Source: a virus
Taxonomy: Duplodnaviria > Heunggongvirae > Uroviricota > Caudoviricetes
Virus record (IMG/VR): IMGVR_UViG_2854558644_000001
Strand: one strand, 5' to 3'
DNA length: 64,000 nucleotides
How positions within the stretch are numbered: the first letter of the stretch is position 1; each line of letters opens with the position of its first letter. A model generated the notes under the pieces. That model was given only the letters and a program-made list of their open reading frames with translations. It was not told the DNA's origin and did not search any database. The translations under genes and the position numbers were made by a program. Shown one piece after another: positions 57,004 to 64,000 of this stretch.

Positions 57004-57756
57004 ATGAGATATGGTTTTGATTTTGGCGATTTTGAAATAACAAAACGTGAAATCTTGGCTAGTATTTCTATCATTGCAGTTATGATTCTGTTTGGTATTC
57101 TGATTTCTTCTAAGATTTCAGAACACCAAATGGATAAAAATGAAATTTATAACAAAGCTGTTAAGATAGAAAGTCAAGAAATGTTCCAATATGGAATGGA
57201 TACAAATGTTGGTAATGCATTTGTATATGGTGATTTGAAAGCAGTAGATGCAGTTACATATCCTGAAATTAGTGGAGAATATATGTATGTAGAAAAAGTC
57301 AAAGAGCGATACACAATGCATACAAGACAAGTAGCTCATACAAGAACTGTTAATGGCAAATCACAAACTTATTATACAACAGAAACATATTGGACTTGGG
57401 ATAGAGTCGGAAGTGAAAATATTAAGTGTAAAGAAGTATCATTTTGTGGAGTAAATTTCACAAGTAATAAAATTAATTTACCTGGTACTGATTATATTGA
57501 CACAATTAAAGAGTCGAGTCATGTAAGATATAAATATTATGGTGTTGGTACTGAATATAAAGGAACAATTTTTACAGATTTGAGAGATAAAACCATTTCT
57601 GATAACACATCATTTTATAATAATTCGACTATTGACGAGACGATAGAAAGATTAGAATCTGATTTTCCAATTATTATTTTCTGGTTCTTTTGGGTTATTT
57701 TAATCGGTGGAATGGTATTTGGGTTCTACTATTTGGATAACAGGTGGTTAGATTAA
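57004..57756 (+). CDS. membrane protein (N- and C-terminal TM helices), LemA operon partner
   Basis: ORF+SD GAGGATTAG; TM at both ends. Confidence 0.55.
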   Translation: MRYGFDFGDFEITKREILASISIIAVMILFGILISSKISEHQMDKNEIYNKAVKIESQEMFQYGMDTNVGNAFVYGDLKAVDAVTYPEISGEYMYVEKVKERYTMHTRQVAHTRTVNGKSQTYYTTETYWTWDRVGSENIKCKEVSFCGVNFTSNKINLPGTDYIDTIKESSHVRYKYYGVGTEYKGTIFTDLRDKTISDNTSFYNNSTIDETIERLESDFPIIIFWFFWVILIGGMVFGFYYLDNRWLD

Positions 57757-57775
57757 GGATAAGAAAGGAGAACAA

Positions 57776-58414
57776 ATGAGTAGCAGTGGCATTTATGGAA
57801 TAAGAAAAGATTATACAGGAGAAGAGATATTTGAATATAAAAACTCATGGTGGTTTTCTCCTATAATTTGGAGTGTCTTACCAGATAAATATATTCATGA
57901 TTACATTCAAACACCATTTGGTTTTAAAAAGGGAATTATTGGAATGGATGGGAACGATGTATGGACAAGAACTAACAAATCCATTAATGAGTGCGATAAC
58001 ACACCTGATAGGGTTTGTTGGGAGATGTCGAATCAACAGATTTTTCATACATCTGACAAACAAATTATTTCAGATTCTATTATGCAATTCTTAAAACAAA
58101 ATGATACTTATGATGTATCAGAAGAAGATAATGTTCCCGTTTTAAAAAGAGAACATATCATTGAGAGATTTACAGAAATAGCAAATGATATTTTATCAAT
58201 TGATGAAAATGAATTTCCATATTTTGTATTTAAAAATACAACAGTGGATGATGGTGTTGAGAGATGGTTTGAAAAATATGACGAGGAATCTGATGAATAT
58301 GTTTCGTGTGCAATGTCAGAAAATACAGATGATTTTTATGCAGAATTTGTATTTTTCAAAGATGGAAAAATTAACAAATTTGTAAGTAACAAAGATTATC
58401 AGTTTGAATCATAG
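57776..58414 (+). CDS. hypothetical protein
   Basis: ORF+SD AAAGGAGAACAA. Confidence 0.55.
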   Translation: MSSSGIYGIRKDYTGEEIFEYKNSWWFSPIIWSVLPDKYIHDYIQTPFGFKKGIIGMDGNDVWTRTNKSINECDNTPDRVCWEMSNQQIFHTSDKQIISDSIMQFLKQNDTYDVSEEDNVPVLKREHIIERFTEIANDILSIDENEFPYFVFKNTTVDDGVERWFEKYDEESDEYVSCAMSENTDDFYAEFVFFKDGKINKFVSNKDYQFES

Positions 58415-58438
58415 AAAGAAATTTTTCTTTCTTGGGAG

Positions 58439-58630
58439 GTGATTAATATATTTCGTATAGAGAAAACTGAAGTTGTAAATGGATGTGATTGTTGGGGAAG
58501 ACCAGAATATGATGATGTATATGAAGTTTATTGTAATGATGAATTTGTATGTCGTATGTCAAGTGATCCAACAATATTAGTTGATAAGATAAATGATGTT
58601 TTAAATAGTTATAGGAGAATAATTATATAG
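58439..58630 (+). CDS. hypothetical protein (non-ATG start)
   Basis: frame opens at GTG inside SD GGGAGGTG; in-frame ATA 8 nt after SD; CDCWG motif. Confidence 0.45.
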   Translation: MINIFRIEKTEVVNGCDCWGRPEYDDVYEVYCNDEFVCRMSSDPTILVDKINDVLNSYRRIII

Positions 58631-58677
58631 GACAGCTAATTAATAAAACAGTATTATGAAAAATCGGAGGAAAAAGA

Positions 58678-58881
58678 ATGAAAAGAGGAGATATTATTGA
58701 ATTAATTGAGGATACAACATTTTATAAAAAAGGTAAGAAGGCTTATTTTATTGGTAGATCAAATTTTAATCCTAATAAAATTGAAATTGTTTGGGTTGGT
58801 GAAGAACAGGCTTATAAAGATGGCGATATAGACGAATTTCCAGCTAGATTGTTTAAGCAGGTTGAACATGGCGATAGGTGA
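58678..58881 (+). CDS. hypothetical protein
   Basis: ORF+SD CGGAGGAAAAAG. Confidence 0.55.
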   Translation: MKRGDIIELIEDTTFYKKGKKAYFIGRSNFNPNKIEIVWVGEEQAYKDGDIDEFPARLFKQVEHGDR

Positions 58882-59158
58882 TGGAAGAAGAACATATTCA
58901 GATAGTACATTAAAGTCTATGACAAAAGATGAGCTGATTGATATTATTCGCTGCTTAGAAAGTAATCTTAGAAATGCACATGAGACAAATGATATTCAGT
59001 ATGAGAATTGTAAGAGGTTGCTAAGTGAAAATGGGATAATTCAAGGTGGATATAAGAAGAAAATTGATGAACAGACAGAGGCTTGGATTAAAGCAGGATT
59101 GACATTATCAGAAGCAGACAAAGAAGAATTGATGAGAATGTCGCAGTTAAGAGAATAA
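58868..59158 (+). CDS. hypothetical protein
   Basis: ORF overlapping upstream gene by 14 nt. Confidence 0.45.
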   Translation: MAIGDGRRTYSDSTLKSMTKDELIDIIRCLESNLRNAHETNDIQYENCKRLLSENGIIQGGYKKKIDEQTEAWIKAGLTLSEADKEELMRMSQLRE

Positions 59159-59200
59159 GTAATTGTAAACAATAATTTTATATCATAGGAGGAAATAAAT

Positions 59201-59818
59201 ATGATGAACAATTTTTTAAATGGCATGTTTGGTAAGGTAGGAAGTGGAATGTGTAGACTTTCTATGAATGGTGGAATTGCAGTTAAGACAAATGGTGGTT
59301 ATAAGACATATAACATCAAGACTGGCAAGCTCACAAACTGTAGTAACTTTGTATTTGATATTGGAGAGGAATTCTTCTTTATTATTCCAACTAATAAGGT
59401 AGAGAAGGGTGACATCATTCTTGTAAATGGTAAGCCAAGATGTGTTATTGAAGCCGATAAGACAAAGATTACAGTAATCAATTATGAGGACTCAACAATT
59501 GAAACCGTGCTTCCTGAAAGACATGTATTTATGGGCAATACATATTTTTATGGAAAGATTGTTTCGATGTTTGGAAGTGATGTTATTAAAGGTAAGAAAG
59601 GTACAAATAATATCTTTAAGTACATGATGCTTTCTCAGATGATGAAAAGTGATAATGGTTCTGCTGGCATGATGAATGGCAATGGTGGAATGAGTTCTAT
59701 GTTACCACTTATGATGATGGGTGGAAATATGGGTGATATGTTTGACGGAATGTTCGACTTTGATATGAGTAGCAATGATGACGATGATACAGAAGTAGAT
59801 GAAGAGGAGGAGGCATAA
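59201..59818 (+). CDS. hypothetical protein with Gly/Met-rich and poly-acidic C-terminus
   Basis: ORF+SD TAGGAGGAAATAA. Confidence 0.55.
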   Translation: MMNNFLNGMFGKVGSGMCRLSMNGGIAVKTNGGYKTYNIKTGKLTNCSNFVFDIGEEFFFIIPTNKVEKGDIILVNGKPRCVIEADKTKITVINYEDSTIETVLPERHVFMGNTYFYGKIVSMFGSDVIKGKKGTNNIFKYMMLSQMMKSDNGSAGMMNGNGGMSSMLPLMMMGGNMGDMFDGMFDFDMSSNDDDDTEVDEEEEA

Positions 59819-59819
59819 T

Positions 59820-60698
59820 ATGGGATGCGGTTCATGGACAAGAGATAGTTATGTAAGTTATTCAACAACAAAGGGTATGAGTGTTTCAACGGATGGTATG
59901 ATTAGAGGTTCTTATTCTAATCAGGACATGTTTAAGGCAAGAAATATTGATTCTGCACTTGATCCTAAGAATGTTATTAGAGAGTGTTGCGATACAGAGG
60001 AACATCCAAACACAATTCCTGTTATTCTTGCACTTGATGTAACTGGTTCTATGGGACAGGCTGCCGTTGAAGTGGCAAAGAAGTTAAATGTAATTATGAC
60101 TAAGTTATATGAAAAGGTTACAGATGTTGAGTTCCTTATCATGGGTATTGGTGATTTAGCTTGTGATAGCTATCCAATTCAGGCTTCACAGTTTGAGTCA
60201 GATATTCGTATTGCTGAACAGCTTGACAAGATTTATTTTGAATTTGGCGGTGGTGGAAATAGTTATGAATCCTACACAGCAGCATGGTATTTCGGTTCTC
60301 GTCACACAAAGCTTGATTGCTTAAACCGTGGAAGAAAAGGAATTATTATTACAATGGGTGATGAGCAGTTAAATCCATATCTTCCATTTAAGAGTAGAGG
60401 TCATGGCTTATCAGAGGTGACAGGTGATAACCTTCAGTCTGATGTAGAGACTAAGGATTTATACGAAGAGGCTTCTCAGAAGTTTAACATTTATCATTTA
60501 GATGTAAATCACGGTCACAGATGGGATGAAGAAGAAATTGAGAAGTCCTACAAGAAGTATCTTGATGATACACACTTTAGAAGAGTAACTATGGATAGTA
60601 TTACAAATGAGATTGTAGATATTATTGTTAGTGAAGCAGAGAATAATGTTACAGATACAGTTACTACACCTTCTAACTCAGAAGGAATTACTTGGTAG
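59820..60698 (+). CDS. von Willebrand factor A (vWA) domain protein
   Basis: MIDAS-like LALDVTGSMG and downstream ITMGDEQ; SD GAGGAGGAGG. Confidence 0.65.
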   Translation: MGCGSWTRDSYVSYSTTKGMSVSTDGMIRGSYSNQDMFKARNIDSALDPKNVIRECCDTEEHPNTIPVILALDVTGSMGQAAVEVAKKLNVIMTKLYEKVTDVEFLIMGIGDLACDSYPIQASQFESDIRIAEQLDKIYFEFGGGGNSYESYTAAWYFGSRHTKLDCLNRGRKGIIITMGDEQLNPYLPFKSRGHGLSEVTGDNLQSDVETKDLYEEASQKFNIYHLDVNHGHRWDEEEIEKSYKKYLDDTHFRRVTMDSITNEIVDIIVSEAENNVTDTVTTPSNSEGITW

Positions 60699-60715
60699 GA
60701 TAGGAGATTTAAGAG

Positions 60716-61807
60716 ATGAAAGACATTAAGATTGTAATAGGTGCTAACTTTGGAGATTGTGGAAAGGGATTAATGACAGATTATTTCTCACAGAAACCTA
60801 ATAGTATTGTTGTTTGTTCAAATGGTGGTGCTCAGAGAGGACATACCGTAACAACGCCTGATGGAATCAGACATGTCTTTCATCATTTTGGATCTGGAAC
60901 ATTCAATCATGCAAGTACATATTTATCTGAGGATTTTATTGTTAATCCAATTATCTTTAAGCAGGAATATGATGAATTGATGAAATTAGGATATATTACG
61001 AATGTTTATATCAATCAAAATTGTATGTTGACTACACCTTTTGATATGATGGCAAATCAGATTATAGAAGAAAATCGTGGAAAAAATAAACATGGTAGTT
61101 GTGGCTTGGGAATTTTTGAAACTATCAAAAGATATAAAGCTGGCATAACTGATGTAGATAATCATATCAGGGAATACTACTTAGAACAATTTGAAAGAGA
61201 GAATATTATATTAACAGATGAATGGTCAAAAATATTCCTTGATAATGGTATATTTGAACACTTTTTAGATGATTGGGATTTTATGAATAATCACTCATTG
61301 GCTATATCAGATAATTATTTCTTAAATCAATTTGACAATATTGTATTTGAAGCTGCACAAGGTTTATTGCTTGATCAGAACAACACAGAATATTTTCCAC
61401 ATCTAACACCGTCTAATACAGGTATTAAAAATCCCAAGAGAATAATTGAAAATGTTGAATGGAATGATGAGATAAATATTGAAACTTGTTATGTATCTCG
61501 TACTTATTTAACAAGACATGGTGCTGGTAAATTCCCATCTGAATGTAATAAGAGATTTATCAACGAATATATGTTTGATAAAACAAATGTGCCAAATCCA
61601 TTCCAGGATACATTGAGATATGGAACACTGGATTTAGGAGAATTATATAGTAGATGCTCTAATGATATAGGAAACTTTGGAGATAAAAAATCAATCACCA
61701 TTACACATTGTAATGAATATGATTGGGATAATGATAAATTGATTGAGTTATTCAAGGATTGGAATATTTATTACTCAGATGGTGAAACACATAATGATGT
61801 GAACTGA
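60716..61807 (+). CDS. adenylosuccinate synthetase family protein (PurA/PurZ-like, short form)
   Basis: N-terminal VIGANFGDCGKGLMTDYF (GDEGKGK-like P-loop) and NGGAQRGHTV...HVFHHFGSG (QGGHNAGHT...LIPSG-like); 363 aa. Confidence 0.7.
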   Translation: MKDIKIVIGANFGDCGKGLMTDYFSQKPNSIVVCSNGGAQRGHTVTTPDGIRHVFHHFGSGTFNHASTYLSEDFIVNPIIFKQEYDELMKLGYITNVYINQNCMLTTPFDMMANQIIEENRGKNKHGSCGLGIFETIKRYKAGITDVDNHIREYYLEQFERENIILTDEWSKIFLDNGIFEHFLDDWDFMNNHSLAISDNYFLNQFDNIVFEAAQGLLLDQNNTEYFPHLTPSNTGIKNPKRIIENVEWNDEINIETCYVSRTYLTRHGAGKFPSECNKRFINEYMFDKTNVPNPFQDTLRYGTLDLGELYSRCSNDIGNFGDKKSITITHCNEYDWDNDKLIELFKDWNIYYSDGETHNDVN

Positions 61808-61849
61808 GAACAAGAAAGATTCGTTCTTTTGGAAATATGGAGGTAAAAA

Positions 61850-62410
61850 ATGGAGAAATTTTATATTGTAACAAATGAAGATTTTTTAAAAGGGTTACAT
61901 CGTGATGAAGTAATAGAAAAAAACAGAAGAGAATTTATCAAAGATTTTTTCAATCGCATAGGAATAAGTGGAAATCATTATTATATGCGTGGAGATGGTA
62001 ATGTTAATGTTGCGTTTAAGGAAAACACAAAAAGTAATATTGAATTGTATATTGATGATGTGCAGGAAAATAGTGAAAAATTTGGTAATCAATTAAACAA
62101 ACCTAAAATGTTTGAAGGTCAAAGTATGAGAAAGTTTAAAAAAGGTTGCAAAATATTAAAGCAATTTCAAGATGAATGTATTAAAAAGGAGATAGTTATT
62201 AATGCTTATCCTTTGAGGTGTGGAGACTACTTCGAAGAAACGGAAATGGGTGGCTATTCAAGAACAAGTTTTGAATACAATGGAAAACAATACTTACGTA
62301 TGAGTACTAATCGCTATAATTCATTAACTCCTTATGAAAATGGTTTTGAAGAGATAAAAGGCAGTGAGTTTTATAAAGCATTTGAAGAATTTGAATCAAA
62401 AAATAAGTAA
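61850..62410 (+). CDS. hypothetical protein
   Basis: ORF+SD TGGAGGTAAAAA. Confidence 0.55.
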   Translation: MEKFYIVTNEDFLKGLHRDEVIEKNRREFIKDFFNRIGISGNHYYMRGDGNVNVAFKENTKSNIELYIDDVQENSEKFGNQLNKPKMFEGQSMRKFKKGCKILKQFQDECIKKEIVINAYPLRCGDYFEETEMGGYSRTSFEYNGKQYLRMSTNRYNSLTPYENGFEEIKGSEFYKAFEEFESKNK

Positions 62411-62437
62411 TATCGGTTTCGTGTGGAGGTGAAACGA

Positions 62438-62674
62438 ATGATAACACCATCAGTAATGCAAGGATTAACAAATGAAAATACAATGCTGTCAAGTGTTTCT
62501 ATAGAAGATTTAGAAGAGTATAAGAAAAATGCTTGTAAAATTCTTAGAAGTCAGACGCAGTGTGCTACTGCAAAAATCGTAGAAGAATTGATTGATCAGG
62601 AAATTATGAATAGAAGAATTATTGAAGAGTGGAATAAAATCTATGAAAAATTTCCTGAATATGTTGGAATGTAG
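62438..62674 (+). CDS. hypothetical protein
   Basis: ORF+SD GTGGAGGTGAAA. Confidence 0.5.
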   Translation: MITPSVMQGLTNENTMLSSVSIEDLEEYKKNACKILRSQTQCATAKIVEELIDQEIMNRRIIEEWNKIYEKFPEYVGM

Positions 62675-62677
62675 GAG

Positions 62678-63115
62678 GTGATACCAATAGAATTAGAGAA
62701 TAATTCAAAACAGATTGAAGAAAATCTTAAAACTATACTTACATTAGAATATATGGGAATTCATATTGAAGACACAAAAGAGCAAGATTTTAAGCAGTTA
62801 TATTATTTTTCTGTACCAGAAAAATCAACAATAGAAACAAATGATTTTCTAAATGATCAAATCAAGACATCAGACGGATTAATACAGGTTGCAAAAGATT
62901 TTTTAGCTGTGATGATTATTAGTTCATGTAAATCTGAATTTGATGATAGTGAAGAGGACGAAAAATTTTACGAAGATGTGGAAAATAATATTTCAGAATA
63001 TGCTTTATTCTTTGCAAGGGTTAGACAAGGTGAAATATGGAATAAAGAAATGGGCAAGGTTGCTGTTAATAAGGTATTAGGAAAGCTCCAAAATCAGTTA
63101 TATAAACAGGTTTAA
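62678..63115 (+). CDS. hypothetical acidic protein (non-ATG start)
   Basis: frame opens at GTG inside SD AGGAGGTG; in-frame ATA 8 nt after SD. Confidence 0.45.
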   Translation: MIPIELENNSKQIEENLKTILTLEYMGIHIEDTKEQDFKQLYYFSVPEKSTIETNDFLNDQIKTSDGLIQVAKDFLAVMIISSCKSEFDDSEEDEKFYEDVENNISEYALFFARVRQGEIWNKEMGKVAVNKVLGKLQNQLYKQV

Positions 63116-63130
63116 AAGGAGGATGAATAA

Positions 63131-63505
63131 ATGACTTGTAAGTACCCAATAACTAGCAGAAGTTATAAATTTTGTATAGGCTGTAGCGATATAGATTGTT
63201 GTAAAGATGCAGTTACTCCAATCATTTCTATGCCAAAATTTCAGTCACCAAAGAATGTTATTCCGTCTGCATCAGAAGCAAATAAAATGACAAATAATGC
63301 AATTGATAATTGCACTACACAGCAATTAGCAGAGTTATCAAAATTGATTAGAGATGCGATTGCAGATGGCAAATTTTCAATCAGTGAAGATGGTTGTTTA
63401 AAACTTGAAACACGAAAGAAATTAGAGGAATTTGGTTATAAAGTTGAAACTGGGAATCAATACAATGAATCGTATTACAGTATCAGTTGGAGAGAAACGA
63501 AATAA
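63131..63505 (+). CDS. hypothetical Cys-rich protein
   Basis: ORF+SD AAAGGAGGATGAATAA. Confidence 0.55.
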   Translation: MTCKYPITSRSYKFCIGCSDIDCCKDAVTPIISMPKFQSPKNVIPSASEANKMTNNAIDNCTTQQLAELSKLIRDAIADGKFSISEDGCLKLETRKKLEEFGYKVETGNQYNESYYSISWRETK

Positions 63506-63535
63506 ATTTCGATTTTATATGAGGAGGTAAAGATA

Positions 63536-63781
63536 ATGGCATATAAAAATACAAATTATAGAGAACAAATAGACAAAGAAGCATATCAGTATGGTGATTT
63601 AGCTGATTATGAATTTGATGATAGGGAAGAATTTATTCCCAAAAGTGTTGTTATTCAAATAATTGACGAAATTGAATCTGATATAAATGATATCAATCAC
63701 AAGTTAGAACATATAAATGGTTTAACAGAAGTGGATGAAATTAAAAAACAAGTTTCTGAATTAAGTACGAAATTATATTAG
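63536..63781 (+). CDS. hypothetical protein
   Basis: ORF+SD GAGGAGG. Confidence 0.55.
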   Translation: MAYKNTNYREQIDKEAYQYGDLADYEFDDREEFIPKSVVIQIIDEIESDINDINHKLEHINGLTEVDEIKKQVSELSTKLY

Positions 63782-63820
63782 TAAGAGAGAATATAAAAGT
63801 AAAGAAAGAGAGGTACATAT

Positions 63821-64000
63821 ATGCCAGTACATGATGATTTAGGCGTTAGGATGAAGACATTTTATGAGCAGATTCCAAAGACAAAACTGATGAGAAGGTG
63901 TCCAGTTGCTATCAGAATTGATGGAAAAGCGTTCCACACATTCACAAGAGGATTTCAGAAGCCTTTTGATGAAGTTTTGATTAAATCAATGCAGGAAACA
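63821..64000 (+). CDS. Thg1-like protein (tRNA-His guanylyltransferase-like 3'-5' polymerase), N-terminal part; continues past window
   Basis: VRMKTFYEQ...RRCPVAIRIDGKAFHTFTRGFQKPFDEVLIKSMQET matches Thg1 N-terminal RLDGRNFHRF...KPND block. Confidence 0.6.
   Translation, partial: MPVHDDLGVRMKTFYEQIPKTKLMRRCPVAIRIDGKAFHTFTRGFQKPFDEVLIKSMQET

Noticed and set aside
1-64000. CRISPR arrays, rRNA genes, transposase/IS elements
   Set aside because: No spaced direct-repeat arrays, no rRNA-like conserved blocks and no transposase motifs (DDE/HUH) were seen.

Overview
The window looks like one contiguous block of a large phage of a low-GC Firmicute host, about 30% GC. Genes are tightly packed and almost all on the + strand, with GGAGG-type Shine-Dalgarno sites and frequent ATGA/TAATG start-stop overlaps. 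Most genes are small, and about 17 of them encode CxxC zinc-ribbon proteins. There are no recognisable capsid, portal or terminase genes, so this appears to be an early/accessory region rather than the structural module.

The left 3.3 kb is unusual. A partial minus-strand gene (1..547) faces a roughly 0.8 kb C-depleted, GT-rich region carrying iteron-like GGATTTTT repeats. It is followed by a GC-richer, hairpin-dense, ORF-poor stretch that holds one small gene and a degenerate tRNA-like element.

Recognisable functions on the + strand:
- ParB-like nuclease, a solitary HicA toxin, and a DnaN-like sliding clamp.
- An AT-rich islet with two tyrosine recombinases, a RadC-like JAB protein, a DUF262 protein and a divergent XRE / MazF-PemK toxin pair.
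- A sigma-70-family factor next to a second DUF262 protein.
- An SPFH/band-7 protein with a small membrane partner, followed by tRNA-Gln(UUG) and tRNA-Lys(UUU).
- A C5-cytosine methyltransferase with a zinc-ribbon insertion, followed by at least four extra copies of the conserved C5-MTase TRD-end block spread over three reading frames (a decayed multispecific enzyme or a silent TRD cassette array).
- Three further methyltransferases: beta-class N6/N4, Dam-like D12, and a small gamma-like NPPF enzyme.
- Two HNH-type free-standing endonuclease-like genes.
- An RNA-repair pair: an Rnl-type ATP-dependent RNA ligase followed by a P-loop kinase fused to an HD phosphohydrolase. A Thg1-like 3'-5' polymerase sits at the right edge.
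- A LemA-family membrane protein, and a vWA protein next to a short adenylosuccinate-synthetase (PurA/PurZ-family) homolog.

Sequence-level oddities:
- A recurring intergenic motif (G)TTTCTTTGGAAGA about 10-25 nt upstream of many start codons.
- Repeated use of GGAGAATAA as a Gly-Glu-stop that doubles as the SD for the next gene.
- Frequent TTG starts.
- Three genes in which an ideal SD-spacer context is followed by ATA/ATC instead of ATG.
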